In this document: one piece after another, positions 11,148 to 24,454 of the stretch
Position numbering within the stretch: the first letter of the stretch is position 1
Layout: each line of letters starts with the position of its first letter
Assembly: GCA_030390025.1 (NCBI GenBank)
Contig: CM059432.1
Coordinates: forward strand, 13,268,001-13,332,000
DNA: 64,000 nt
Direction: 5' to 3'
From: Squalus acanthias
Taxonomy: Eukaryota
Made by a program: the position numbers and the translations under genes
The notes under the pieces: model-generated
The model's input: the letters and a program-made list of their open reading frames with translations, nothing else
Told to the model about the DNA's origin: nothing
Database searches by the model: none

Positions 11148-13817
11148 TAGAGTCATAGAGTTATACAGCACAGAAAGAGGCCCTTCGGCCCATCATGTCC
11201 ACGCCGGCCATCAAGCCCTATCTATTCTAATCCCATTTTCCAGCACTTGGTCCGTAGCCTTGTATGCTATGGAGTTTCAAGTGCTCATCTAAATGCTTCT
11301 TGAATGTTGAGGGTTCCTGCCTCTACCACCCTTTCAGGCAGTGAGTTCCTGATTCCAACCACGCTCTGAGTGAAAAAGTTTTTCCTCAAATCCCCTTTAA
11401 ACCTCCTGCCCCTTACCTTGAAGCTATGCCCCCTGGCTATTGACCCCTCTACTAAGGGGAAAAGTTCCTTTCTATCTACCCTATCTATGCCCCTCATAAT
11501 TTTGTACACCTCAATCAGGTCCCCACTCAGCCTTCTCTGCTCTAAGGAAAACAACCTGCTTGTCCAGTCTCTCTTCATAGCTGAAGCGCTCCAGCCCAGG
11601 TAACATCCTGGTGAATCTCCTCTGCACCCTCTCCAATGCAATCACATCCTTCCTATAGTGTGGCGACCAGAACTGCACACAGTATTCCAGCTGTGGCCTA
11701 ACTAGCGTTTTGTACAGCTCCATCATAACCTTCCTGCTCTTATATTCTATGCCTCGGCTAATGAAGGCAAGTATCCCATATGCCTTTTTAACCACCTTAT
11801 CTACCTGTCCTGCTGCCTTCAGGGATCTATGTACATGCACACCAAGGTCCTTCTGATCCTCTGTCCTTCCTAGGGTCCTACCATTCATTGTGTATTCCCT
11901 TGCCTTGTTAGTCCTCCCAAAATGCATCACCTCACACTTTTCAGGGTTAAATTCCATTTGCCACTGTTCTGCCCATCTGACCAACCCGTCTATATCATCC
12001 TGTAGCCTGAGGCTTCCCTCCTCGCTATTTACCACTCCACCAATTTTCGTGTCATCTGCGAACTTACTGATCATACCTCCTACATTCATATCTAAATCAT
12101 TAATGTACACTACAAACAGCAAAGGACCCAGCACCGATCCCTGCGGTACACCACTGGACACAGGCTTCCAGTCACAAAAACAACCTTCGACCATCACCCT
12201 CTGCCTCCTGCCATGAAGCCAATTTTGGATCCAATGTACCAAATTGCCCTGGATCCCATGGGCTCTTACCTTCTTGACCAGTCTCCCATGTGGGACTTTG
12301 TCAAAAGCCTTACTGAAGTCCATGTAGACTACATCAACTGCACTACCCTCATCCACACACCTAGGTCACCCCCTCGAAAAATTCAATCAAATTGGTTAGA
12401 CATGATCTCCCCCTGACAAAGCCATGCTGACTATCCTTGATTACTCCTTGCCTCTCCAAGTGGAGACTAATTCTGTCCCTCAGAATTTTTTCCAATAATT
12501 TCCCTACCACTGATGTTAGGCTCACTGGCCTGTAATTCCCTGGTTTATCCCTACTACCCTTCTTGAATAATGGTACTACGTTAGCTGTCCTCCTGTCCTC
12601 TGGCACCTCCCCTGTGGCCAGAGAGGTTCTGAAAATTTCTGTCAGAGCCCCTGCAATCTCCTCCCTTGCCTCACACAGCAGCCTGGGATACATCTCGTCT
12701 GGGCCTGGGGATTTATCCACTTTTAAGCCCGCTAAAACCTGCTAGTACCTCCTCCCTCTCAATACTAATTTGTTCAAGTCTATCACAATCCCCCTGCCTG
12801 AATTCTATGCCTACATCGTCTTTCTCCATAGTGAACACAGATGCAAAATATTCATTTAAAACCTCACCCACATCTTCCGGCTCTACACAGATTGCCACTT
12901 TGGTCCCTAATGGACCCTACTCTTCCCCTGGTTATCCTCTTGCCCTTAATATACTTATAAAACACCTTGGGATTTTCCTTTATTTTGCCCGCCAGTGTTT
13001 TTTCATGCCCCCTAGTGTTTTTTCATGCCCCCTCTTCGCTCTCCTAATTTCTTTTTTAAGTACCCCCCTGCACTTTCTACACTCCTCTAGGGCTTCCACT
13101 GTTTTTAGTCCTTTGTATCTGCCAAAAGCCTCCCTTTTTTTCCTAATCCATTCTCGTATATCCCTGGACATCCAGGGTTCCCTGGGCTTGTTGGTCCCAC
13201 CCTTGACCTTTACGGGAACATGTTGGCGTTGTACTCTCTCTATTTCCTTTCCTTTCTGAAAGACTCCCACTGCTCTGATGTGGATTTTCCTACAAGTAAC
13301 TCCCAGTCCACTTTGGCCAGATCCGGCCTTATCATATTAAAATCGGCCTTCCCCCAATTTAGAACCTTTATTTCCGGTCCATCTTTGTCCTTTTCCATGA
13401 CTACCTTAAATCTCACCGAATTATGGTCACCGTCACCAAAACGCTCTCCTACGGACACATCTACCACTTGCCCGGCTACATTCCCTAGAATTAGGTCCAG
13501 TACCGCCCCCTCTCTTGTAGGACTTTGTACATGCTGGCTCAAAAAGCTCTCCTGGATGCACTTTAAGAATTCCGCACCCTCTAAGGCTTTCACACTCTGA
13601 CTATCCCAGTTAATATTGGGGAAGTTGAAATCCCCTACTATTATTACCCTATTATTTCTACACTTCTCGGAGATTTGCCTACATATCTGTTCCTCTCTCT
13701 CCCCCTGACTGTTTGGGGGCCTATAGTACACTCCCAGCAAAGTGCTTGCCCCCTTTTTGTTTTTAAGTTCTACCCATATGGCCTGATTAGAGGAACCTGC
13801 TAAGATATCATCCCTCA
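11148..13817 (-). mobile_element. CR1 LINE, most of ORF2 (endonuclease + RT), disrupted
   Basis: [32 protein letters not shown] and FADD motifs across frameshifted ORFs. Confidence 0.93.
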
Positions 13818-15156
13818 TTGCAGCGACACCCACATCCCATAAAAACAAATTAAAAAAAAAAATATGGGGATAACAATGTTGGGAGCTTTTACCAAGGCTG
13901 CTAATATTTTGCAGGTATATTGTTTTCAACCTTTACAAAAGGTTATTTTAAAGTAACAAAAACATCTGGTAAATCCCAGTGGATCAATAAACTGGAGGCA
14001 GGAAGCTGATTGATGGAGCAGTGCAACACTCTAACCCCGTGTTTAGTGGCTGGCAAAGTTGAGGTGGTACTCCCTCTAAGGCAAGTATGTCTTTCCTTAG
14101 GTAAGGAGACCAGAATTGTACACAGTACTCCAGGTGTGGCCTCACCAATACCCTGAACATTTGTAGTAAGACTTCTTTACTCTTGTACTCTAATCCCTTT
14201 GTAACAAAAGCTAACATACCATTTGCTTTCCTCATTGCTTGCTGTACCTGCATGTTAACTTTCAGTGATTCATGTACAAGAACACCCAGATCCCTCTGAA
14301 TGCAAGCATTTCCCAGTCTCTCACCATTCAAAAAAATATTGTGCTTTTTTGTTTTTCCTACCAAAGTGGATAACGTTACACTTCCACACATTGTATTCCA
14401 TTTACCCACTCAGTCAACCTGTCTATATCTCTCTGCAGCCTCTTTGCATCCTCCTTACAGCTTACTTTCCCATCTAACTTTGTATAATCAGCAAACTTGG
14501 ATACGTTACACTCAGTCCCTTCATCTAAGTCATTAATATAGATTGTAAATAGCTGAGGCCCAAGCACTGATCCTTGCTAGTTACAGCCTGCCAACCCGAA
14601 AAGGTCCCGTTTATTCCTGCTCTCTGTTTTCTGTCCATTAACCAATCCTCAATCCATGCTAATATATTACCCCAATTTTGTATAATTACCTCTTGTGTGT
14701 CACCTTATAGAATGCTTTTTGAAAATCCAAATACACTACATCCACTGGTTTCCCCTTATCCATCCTACTAGTTACATCTTCAAAAAGCTCTAATAGATTT
14801 GTCAAACATGATTTCCCTTTCATAAAACCATGTTGACTCTGCCTAATCATATTACGATTTTCTAAGTGCCCTGTTACTACGTCCCTAATAATAGATTCTA
14901 GCATTTTGCCTACTACTGATGTCAGGCTAACTGGCTTATCGTTTCTCATTTTTTCTCTTCCTCCTTTCTTAAATAGCAGGGTTATGTTTGCTGCCTTCCA
15001 ATCCTTGGGGACTGTTCGAGAATCTAGGGAATTCTGGAAGATTAATACCAATGCATCCACTATCTCTGCAGCTACCTCTTTTAAAACCCTAGGATGCAGG
15101 TCGTCAGGTCCAGGGGATTTGTTGCCACCTCGTCCCATTAATTTCTCCAGCACTAT

Positions 15157-16040
15157 GGGGGAGAAATTCAGTATCGCCCCATTTGGGGCGCAATTATCGG
15201 CCGGGCGCAAAGATTAGCGCCTGGCGCTAATTATCGCCTCCGACTGCAAACTTGACCTTTATCGCCCCTGCAGGTGATTGGAGCGCTAAATCAGGCGCGT
15301 CACACCTGTCTTAAGGCGCAAAGGCCGAGGAGCGAGGCGCTACCTCAGAGCGCTGGCGAAGCTCATGTGATGTCAGTCAGCAATGGAACACACACACAAT
15401 GGCGCAGGCCAGTTCTTAAAGGGGAGGGTTGATCTTGCTTTCCATCCACATCCTGCTCATTGCAGCCTTGACTCTCGGCCTGGAGAGACCTGTACATCAA
15501 ATCTGCTGGTAAGAACAATGGAGAGTACCAGGGAAAGAGCTCAGAGTGCAGCCCCCACAGTCTCTTCTAAATCGATACAAGGAAGGGCAAATCAAAATGA
15601 ACCTGCAAAGTACTGCTCAGTACCCAAAACTCCTTCACACAGCGTTGAATCTCTCCAGAAGTCTCTCTCTCTCTCTCTCAGAATGCGTGGTTCAAAAATG
15701 TCACCAACAATAAAAGGCAGGAAGCGGTCGCCTTTAAATAGCGCTCCCCCGTCCCTTCCTGACGCTCCCCTCAACCTGTCGTTGCTAGCGGCAGGTGGTA
15801 AGGCAGGGGGCGCCACTCAATATCTGCTCCGGGGCGATACCGGGGCGTTGCGCACTCGACTGACGTCACGATCTGCCGGCGCAGGAGATCGTGGCGGTAG
15901 TGTTTAGTGCCGCCGCAAAATGTCTAGTTAATTTCGCGAGCGGCGCAAACATCGCCGCGCCCAGGCGCTAGTTGCTTTGCGCCCCATTAGCGCCCTCTTA
16001 AGGCGCTAACGGGAGGCGCAACCAACTGAATTTTTCCCCC
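15157..16040. mobile_element. PIF/Harbinger-type MITE (GGCGC-rich family)
   Basis: TIR GGGGGAGAAATTCAGT / ACTGAATTTTTCCCCC (15/16); TSD TAT. Confidence 0.9.
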
Positions 16041-16155
16041 TATGTCTTTACTTATACTGATTTCTTTAAGTTCCTCATTCTCTCTAGACCCTTGGTTCCC
16101 CATTATTTCCGGAATGTTTTTTGTGTCTTCTACCGTGAAGACAGATACAAAGTAT

Positions 16156-16910
16156 GGGCTGGATTTTCAATGACCCGTGGAGTCGGGTTTGGAGGCGTGT
16201 GGGGGGTTAAAGTTGCAGATTCGGGGTTCCCGACCCCATCCCAACTCCATTCTGCCTCCACACAATTTTGACAAAATCGGTTGCGGGGTTCCCGACTCCG
16301 TCCCACCTCCAAGAGGCGGGAGAGGCCATTAAAGCCCTTAACAAGCCCTAAATTGGCTCTGTAATGCCATTTTGAAACGTTTTAGCTAGTTTAACCCTTT
16401 TCCGATGTGAAGTACGCCTGATGTGAAACACGCCAGTGAAACCTGGCGGGAGCACAAGTGGATAGCTGACTATCAGCTGCAAGTCCACTATTACAACGGA
16501 GATGTGATGAAGGTAGTAGTAGTATTGTGATGAAGGTAGTAGTAGTATTAGGTCTGAAAGTCGCCTCTGATGCTACTGTATTGAATGTCTTCAGAGACTG
16601 CCTGGGAGGACTTGGTTGGAAAAAAAATTCTCTCTCTCTCTCTCTCTCAGATGCTGCTCATTTTGCATCCAGGTCCTCTCACAGCAAAGGCCAGGCAGTC
16701 TCTGCAATGATGGTCCCTGCAATGATGACATCATCAGAGGCGACTTTCAGACTGAAACCACTAATTGGTTCATGGGTTCCCACATGCTGGAACTCAATTG
16801 CCCAATAAAGTGAAAATTGCATCATTCATCCACATTAATCTGGAGTCGGGGGGGCAACACGAAATGCGGGTAACACAACCCCAACCTGACCCCAAGACAA
16901 AATCCAGCCC
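16156..16910. mobile_element. PIF/Harbinger-type MITE family A, copy 1
   Basis: Perfect TIR GGGCTGGATTTT / AAAATCCAGCCC; TSD TAT; close homologs at 47982 and 61286. Confidence 0.93.
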
Positions 16911-17532
16911 TATGTGTTTAATGCGTCTGCCATTTCCTTATTGCCCATTATAATTTCTCCTGTCTCTGCCTCTAATGGGCCCACATTTACTTTCACTAAT
17001 CTCTTCCTATTTACATACCTATAGAAATGTTTACAATCTGTTTTTATGTCTCTTACTAATTTACTTTCATATTCTTTTTTCTCTTTCCTTAGCAATTTCT
17101 TGGTCCTCCTTTGCTGAATTCTAAAATCCTCCCAATCCTTAGCCTTACTACTCTTTTTGGCAACATTATAAGCCTCTTCCTATGATCTAATACTATCTTT
17201 AACTTCTCGTTAGCCACAGTTGGACCACTTTTCCTGCGGGGTTTTTGTGCATTCAAAGAATGTATATTTGTTATAAATTATGTATTAATTCTTTAAATGC
17301 TAGCCATTGCTTGTCCACCATCATATCTTTTAATGTAGTTTCCTAATCTACCTTAGCCAACTCGCCCCTCATACCTACGTAGTTTGCTTTGTTTAGATTT
17401 AAGACCCTAGTTTCAGACTTAACTGAATCACTTTCAAACTCAATATAAAATTCTATCATATTATGGTCACTCTTCCCTAAAGGCCCCTTTACTACAAGGT
17501 TGTTAATTAACCCTTTCTCATTGCACAATATC

Positions 17533-18086
17533 AGGGGCGGGGGGGGAAACTCTCCACTGGCTGGAGTCATACCTAGCACAAAGGAAGATGGTTGTGGTGA
17601 TTGAAGGTCAATCATCACAGCCCCAGGACATCGCTGCAGGAGTTCCTCAGGGTAGTGTCCTAGGTCCAATCATCTTCAGCTGCTTCATCAATGACCTTCC
17701 CTCCAAGTTCAGAAATGGGGATGTTCCCTGATGACTGCACAGTGTTCAGTGCCATTCACAACTCCTCAGATAATGAAGCTGTCCATGCCCGCAAGCAACA
17801 AGACCTGGACAATGTTCAGGCTTGGGCTGATAATTGGCAGGTAACATTCGCGCCACGGAAGTGCCAGGCAATGACTATCTCCAACAAGTGAGAGTCTAAC
17901 CACCTCCCCTTGACATTCAATGGCATTACCATCGCCGAATCCCCCACCATCAACATCATGGGGGTCACCATTGACCAGACACTTAACTGGACCAGCCACA
18001 TAAATACTGTGGCAACAAGAGCAGGTCAGAGGCTAGGTATTCTGCGGCGAGTGTCTCACCTCCCGACTCCCCAAAGCCTTTCTATA
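17533..18086 (+). mobile_element. Family B LINE RT fragment
   Basis: Homologous to 7618-8130. Confidence 0.8.
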
Positions 18087-18410
18087 GGCTGAGGCTCCTC
18101 CAGCACTGCACCTGGGGTCCCCTTACCTGCCCGAGTTGCAGTCACACCCTCCTGTCCCTGACCACTAACCAGACCTGTACCACTACCTAACCTAAGGGGG
18201 TGTGACTGCCTCCTAGATCAAAGTGTCCCGGTAACTCTCTCCCTCCCTGATGCCCCCGCAATGTCTGCACCTCAGACTCTAGCTCAACAACTCTGATCTG
18301 AAGTTCCTCAAGATGCAGGCACTTCCTGCAAACGTGGTTGTCCGGGATCACAATGCTCTCCACAAACTCCCACATGCTGCAGTTGCGGCACACCACCTGC
18401 ACTGCCATCC
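18087..18410 (-). mobile_element. CR1 ORF1 N-terminal fragment (zinc finger / leucine zipper)
   Basis: MAVQVVCRNCSMWE...CRKCLHLEELQIRVVELESEVQTL: CxxC..CxxC followed by hydrophobic heptads. Confidence 0.75.
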
Positions 18411-18605
18411 CTCTATGACCTTGTGTTATTTAATTCAATTTGTATTTCAGCAACAGTTTAGTTTCTTGACTACTTACCTGATCTAGATTAAGTTATGGGT
18501 AAATGAAATTAAATATCTACCTGTAACAGAAAGCACTACAAGTAGTGGAGGCAAAAAGCAATATCTCCTTCCCCTTCTTCCCCGAATTCCCACTCTCCCC
18601 AAATT

Positions 18606-18881
18606 TTTTAATTCATTTATGGGATGTGGGCGTCGCTGGCAAGGCCAGTATTTATTGCCCATCTCTAGTTGCCCTCGAGAAGGTGGTCGTGAGCCGCCTT
18701 CTTGAACCGCTGCAGTCCGTGTGGTGAAGGTGCTCCCACAGTGCTGTTAGGGAGGGAGTTCCAGGATTTTGACCCAGCGACGATGAAGGATCGGCGATAT
18801 ATTTCCAAGTCAGGATGGTGTGTGACTTGGAGCGGAACTTAGAGGTGGTGGTGTTCCCATGCGCCTGCTGCCCTTGTCCTC
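18606..18881 (-). mobile_element. Family B LINE 3' end
   Basis: Reverse complement of the tail seen at 8390-8660. Confidence 0.85.
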
Positions 18882-19891
18882 CCCAAATTCCCAAATAAAA
18901 CACTCTATTTAGGTGCATTCCATTTAATCCCGCTCTGTGGAAAGTGAAGTTGAGATTGAAGATCAGCCATGATCTTATTGAATGGTGGAGCAGGCTCGAG
19001 GGACCGTGTGGCCTACTCCTGCTCCTAATCCTGATGTTCTTATCGCACCACTCAGCAAGTTATTTAACAAAAAAACTCTTCAAAATGGCTGAAGTCTTGG
19101 TACAGCAGCTCCAGCCATGTGAAGTCCCAGACAGCGAGAGCACAGAAAAAGCAAATTATGTATGATCCATATTTCACTGCTGAGGCAGATCTCCCCAAAT
19201 CCCTCTTGAACATTTCAATCTATTTTTTACTGCCTTAGCCCTGTGGCTCACCCATTTAAAAATCAGGCCAAAATTCAAACTGCTTTCGGGTTGTTTTGGC
19301 AGAGAACCAGATAGCTTCTAATGTCTGAGAATGTACCATGTTATCAAGGACCTCCAATCTGACATTACGGAGACATGACTTTCCATTAATTCTGATAAAA
19401 AACAGAACTCATAGAAAATATAATCGCCACAAGATGGATGTGAACGCTTTGCTGTTGCACATATTGTAGATCGACTTGAAGGTGAAAGGCCAGCAAAACT
19501 ATTCGCAATTGATAGCAGTCGATTTGAAGTTGACAGTGCTCTGGTTTCCATTAAGCGCACTCACAACCTTACAGCTCAGGGACTGACACTATTCAAAAAA
19601 CCGTACATGTGTCTTGAATCCTACATCATATGATTCCAATCACACGCAACAGCTTGCAGTTTTACAGTACCATTAACAGTAAATAGTAAAACGTTCACGG
19701 GGGTAAAAGCAATCACATAGATCTAGATAACGGTAAAAGTGGTATATTAACCCTTGGGGACTTGATCGTCATTTTGTTTTTAAGTATTATGCTGATTCAA
19801 TACTGTTCTTTATCATTTGGCTTCTGTGTTTCAATAAATTCAACCAAATAATTTTAGCCTTTACACTTTGGCCTCTTTTCCTGTTGTCTTC

Positions 19892-20769
19892 GGGCGCGAT
19901 CTTGCCAGCCCTGGGGAGGCGGGTTTAGAGGCGGGACTGCCGGGAAAATGGCAGAATCTGGGGGCGGGTGCCCATCCCGCCCCCAACCCGCCTCCGTGCC
20001 ATCTTTTCAGGAGGCGGGTAGCCGACCCGCGCCGGGTCCCGTCTCCTGGAGGCGGGAAGGGGATTACAGCCACTTAACTGCCTGTTAACAGGTAGTTTAC
20101 AGGCAGGTAAGAGGATTATCCCCATTTTTCCAACAGTTCCTGACGTCGGGAAACCCCGCCAGGGTCACCGAGGCGAGCAGTGGGTCTGCGGGGGTCGAAT
20201 GATGACAGTTCCTGACGTCGGGAAACCCCGCCAGGGTCACCGAGGCGAGCAGTGGGTCTGCGGGGGTCGAATGGATGCAAATGTGCACTGTGAAGGTAAG
20301 TGATGGGTGCAAGTGTGGAGAGGTAAGTAGGTGAGGTGAGTGGAAAGTGATAGAAAATGTTTACTTACCTTTGTTTCTTCCTGCAGGCTTCAACAGTTGG
20401 GGATGCGGACAGTCTCGCATCTCACCGGCAGAGATGACCGATGGCTGCTGCATTCTCCGATGCAACAACCATCTAATTTCTGCTCACAAAAGAGATTTGA
20501 TGAGTCTTGAATACAAGAACTCATCAAACAACATAGAATGTCAGTGTTTGACAGCTTCACAGAGCTGTCAAACGATGACAATTCATCATACGCTGACGTT
20601 CTCTGTAACCGGCTTCCCCTTAATTGGCCTGCTCAGCCCGCTGGCCGGGCTTAACAAGGTCAATCAAGGGAAAATAGCGTGGGTTGGCCACAAGTCGATG
20701 GAGGCGGGACTAAAACCCGACAAGCAGCAGGCCCGCCTCCAACGCGCCCCCAGTGACAAAATTGCCCCC
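19892..20769. mobile_element. PIF/Harbinger-type MITE family C, copy 1
   Basis: Termini gggcgcgatcttg / caaaattgccccc; inverted homolog of 56666-57489; internal 69-bp duplication; TSD not preserved. Confidence 0.82.
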
Positions 20770-21172
20770 CACCTGTTGGAAAGATAGAGAATATGGTGGG
20801 CATCTTATATAAGCCAGTGAACAATACTGCCTGATTAGGCATCAGTCATTAAAGCTGGGCACACGAATCCATACATGGCAGATATACGGGTACGGGTGCG
20901 GGTATAAGTCCATGGGACAACACTTATGGAACCCACCTTTTGCCATGAACACAATTCAAAAGTGTTAGTAAAGAATCTGGGTTGTGATATATCTTTTTGA
21001 CTAGTCCCCTCAGTTTCCCATTCCAAATCCCAGCTGTACATTGACATCAGTAATGGATACTTGCAACCCGATTAGTTGATTGGAAAGTTGATGAAGATAC
21101 AATGAAATTTTAAATTGAAAAAAGCTTAAATTCACACTTGAAATTGCACTATGCAGCAATAGCAGACACATT

Positions 21173-22723
21173 GGGGGTAATATTGACTGCCTCCCCCCCG
21201 CCCCCCCAGGATGGGCAGGACAATGTCGGGGGTGGTGGGGGGAGGTTAAATTGTTAAAAATGGAAAACCCGACCACAACCTGCGGCGAACGCGTCTACCT
21301 CCAGGTTAACCAGGGTGGGTTTTGGGGCGAGACAAGTAACCCGCTCTGGAGAGGCGGGTCCGTGATTATAATATTTAAATGAAGCTCCTTGCCTCAGATT
21401 TTGTCAGTGACTTGGATTTAACGGCTGCGGGCCGGGTTTTCCAACACTGCTTGTGGGCCAGGAGGAGGAGATCTTCCCCCCGGCCCCCTCCCCCCAAGAA
21501 AACCTGCCACGATCGGCCTCCCCGTGCTCGGCCAACCACCTTCCCGCTGCAATCTGATCTCTCCCCGCTCCCGCGATCTCCCCCACCCCCGCGATCTCTC
21601 CCCGCTCCCGCGATCTCTCCCACTCCCGCGATCTCTCCCCACTCCTGCAATCTCCCCCACCCCCGCGATCTCACTCCCCGCGATCTCTCCCCGCTCCCGC
21701 GATCTCCCCCACCCCCGCGATCTCTCTCCCCGCGATCTCTCCCCACTCCTGCAATCTCCCCCCACCCCCCGCGATCTCACTCCCCGCGATCTCTCCCCGC
21801 TCCCGCGATCTCCCCCACCCCCGCGATCTCACTCCCCGTGATCTCTCCCCGCTCCCGCGATCTCCCCCACCCCCGCGATCTCTCCCCGCTCCCGCGATCT
21901 CCCCCACCCCCGCGATCTCTCTCCCCGCTCCTGCAATCTCCCCCACCCCCGCCAACGCTCTCTCCTCTCCAGCGATCTCCCCCACCCCCCCGTGATCTCT
22001 CTCCCTGCGATCTCTCCCCGCTCCCGTGATCTCCCCCACCCCCGCCAACGCTCTCTCCTCTCTAGCGATCACCTGATCTCCCCCCCACCCCCCGCGATCT
22101 CACTCCCCGCGATCTCTCCCACTCCCGTGATCTCCCCCACTCCCGCGATCTCCCCCACCCCCGCCAACGCTCTCTCCTCTGCAGCGATCTCCTGATCTCC
22201 TCCCCACCCCCCACGATCTCTCCCCGCGATCTCTCTCCGCTCCTGCGATCTCCCCCACCCCCCCGAGCTCTCTCCCCGCGATCTCTCCCCGCTCCTGCGA
22301 TCTCCCCCACCCCCGCCAATGCTCTCTCCTCTCCAGCGCTCTCCCCCCACGCACTCACCCCCGCCGAGCTCTCTCCCCGCGATCTCTCCCCCCGCCCACA
22401 ATCTCCGGTCACCCCGCCCCCCGTGATCTCTCCGTCCCTCCCTCCTCTCTGCTGCACTCCGAGCCCACCCCGAACCCCCCCAAGTCCCCCGATCTTCTCG
22501 ATTGCCGGGGAACGTCCCCAGCGGTCCCCGGCTGCTGCCTTGTAGCGCTGGCTTTCCGGTCCTTCAGCCTTCAATCTGGCTGGCAGGAAATGGAGTAAAA
22601 AAAAGTTGAAATGAGGTCCTGCCGTTAAATTTGTCAGGACCTCCACATTCCCAGCATTACCGGGTTTCCAGTCGCTGACAGGTGCCCCCACTCCCTCCCT
22701 GCCTCCCTGCCAATATCAGGGCC
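21173..22723. mobile_element. Harbinger-type MITE with expanded central minisatellite
   Basis: Imperfect TIR GGGGGTAATATTG / CAATATCAGGGCC; ATT on both sides. Confidence 0.7.
21550..22435. repeat. C-rich minisatellite, units about 16-20 nt with core cccgcgatctc
   Basis: Dozens of variant units visible directly. Confidence 0.95.
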
Positions 22724-22899
22724 ATTGTTAACACATCATTTGAAATCCCTCTGCCAGGTTTTTAAATAAAGGCACTAACCTGTTTATTTTAAATGGGTTA
22801 ACAGCTTCCTGCACTCTTGCTCAAGATGATTCCCCCCAGTTGAAAGTTACCATTGAGCGCTGCACTGGAATACAATTTAGCTGCTTATGGAAATCACTC

Positions 22900-23265
22900 T
22901 GGAGGAGGAAACGGATTACAGGGTTTGAAAAAGTGTGTAGAAGGCTAAAGCACAGTCGGCAGTTCTGCTGGACTCAGAGCTGGACCTTACTGAAGGCTGA
23001 GAAACAAAGGCTGGAGGCTTTAGCACAGCATTGTGCAAGGTGAATATTGGCAGCAGCTGGGTTGACAAATGACCAACAATGAAGTAATGAGAAGGAACGA
23101 TCTGCCTGCAATAACAGGCATGTTACAGTGAGAAAACTCCATTGGACAGGTACATGTACTGTATGGCCGGCACTGTTCGAAGGCAATGGAATGGATCACA
23201 GATGGGAAAAGACCACAGGGAAGGCCAAAGTTGAGGTAAAGGGACTGTGCCAAGGAAGACCTAAA
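22900..23265 (+). mobile_element. Ancient RTE-like LINE C-terminal fragment
   Basis: Frameshifted SWTLLKAEKQRLEA ... W.DK.TN.EV ... GKRPQGRPKLR motifs. Confidence 0.6.
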
Positions 23266-23279
23266 TGTCAAAGCAAAAA

Positions 23280-23460
23280 TTAACTTGCATTTATATAGTT
23301 CATTATCATGTCAACCCAAAGCACTTTACAACCAGTGGATTACTTTTGAAACATCGGCAGTGCAGCACTCCTTCAGTGCTGCACTCAAGTGTCAGCCTAG
23401 ATTATGTGCTCAAATCCACAGTGGGGCTTGAACCCACAACTTTCTGACTCAGAGACAAGA
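23280..23460 (-). mobile_element. Deu-domain SINE, internally deleted
   Basis: Head and tail match the reverse of 28552-28995; middle missing. Confidence 0.65.
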
Positions 23461-23477
23461 AGTTTTCTCCTTATTAT

Positions 23478-23790
23478 TCTCTCGATGTTAGCAACGCTGT
23501 CAAGGCTGCATTTAGTGCCCATCCCTGCTTGTCCTAAGAAGGTGGTGGTGGGCCTTCTCTATGAACCACTAGCAATTGCTTACAGCTAACTGCCTTGCTC
23601 GGCCACTTCAGAGGGCATAAAGAGTCAACCACATGGTGTGGACGTGGGTCGCATGTAGGCAAGACCGGGCAGGGGGGCAGATCGGGCAGGGGGGCAGACC
23701 GGGCAGGGGGGCAGACCAGGGTAAGGGGGCAGACCGGGAAGGGGGGCAGACTCTCTTCCCTGAAGGACATCAGTGAACCAGTTGGGAATG
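23478..23790 (-). mobile_element. SINE with family B tail and an expanded 17-bp G-rich unit
   Basis: Tail like family B; about five copies of agaccgggcaggggggc at 23662-23750. Confidence 0.65.
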
Positions 23791-24039
23791 TTACTCACTG
23801 AGCCAAACCGACACCTCATACACAAGTGGTCCTGCAGGTTAAAAGCTACACCACCTTTAGCCTGGAGAACCACTTCTACCTCAAGCAGCTCCTGGGTTGT
23901 AGAATTGACTCTATTCAGATTCCACAGAACAATGGAGAAAAACCTGCAGAGCAGAGCCACAATCGCATGCGTACATCTTCTCCCCGTAAGCCTAGCCTCA
24001 CTGCTGGGAAAAGTTCCTCCAGGCCAGCCACCGGCTCCG

Positions 24040-24260
24040 AGAGGGAGACATAGAGTGAGAGTAGGACAGAGAGAGTGAGTGGGACCAAGAGAGAGAGAGA
24101 GAGAGACAGGGAAGGAGTGTGTGTGAGAGTGAGAGTAGGACAGAGAGAGTGAGCGGGACCAACAGAGAGAGAGAGTGAGAGAGACAGGGAAGGAGTGTGT
24201 GTGACAGAGGGACAGAGTAGGAGAGACAGGGACAGTGTGTGAGAGAGGGACAGAGAGAGA
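24040..24260. repeat. Compound (GA)n/(GT)n purine-rich repeat
   Basis: Seen directly, with a higher-order duplication of about 73 bp. Confidence 0.9.
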
Positions 24261-24454
24261 GTTTTTACAATTATATTAGGAAAAAGAGGATAGTCAGGAG
24301 CAATGTTGGCCCCTTAAAAACTGAAAGCGGTGATATTATCAATGATGATAAGGAAATGGCGGACATGTTGAATAATTACTTTGCGACAGTATTTACAGTA
24401 GAGGAAGAGGATAGCATGCTATAAATCCCAAGGAAACTAATACTGAATCAGGGA

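Larger units (their letters stand above)
14062..17530 (-). mobile_element. CR1 ORF2, disrupted, hosting two MITEs
   Basis: KSPGPD, QHGFMKGKSCLTNL, FADY motifs; sequence rejoins across both MITEs. Confidence 0.9.

Noticed and set aside
21375..22691. Overlapping SR/Pro-rich ORFs on both strands
   Set aside because: Translations of the GCGATC minisatellite
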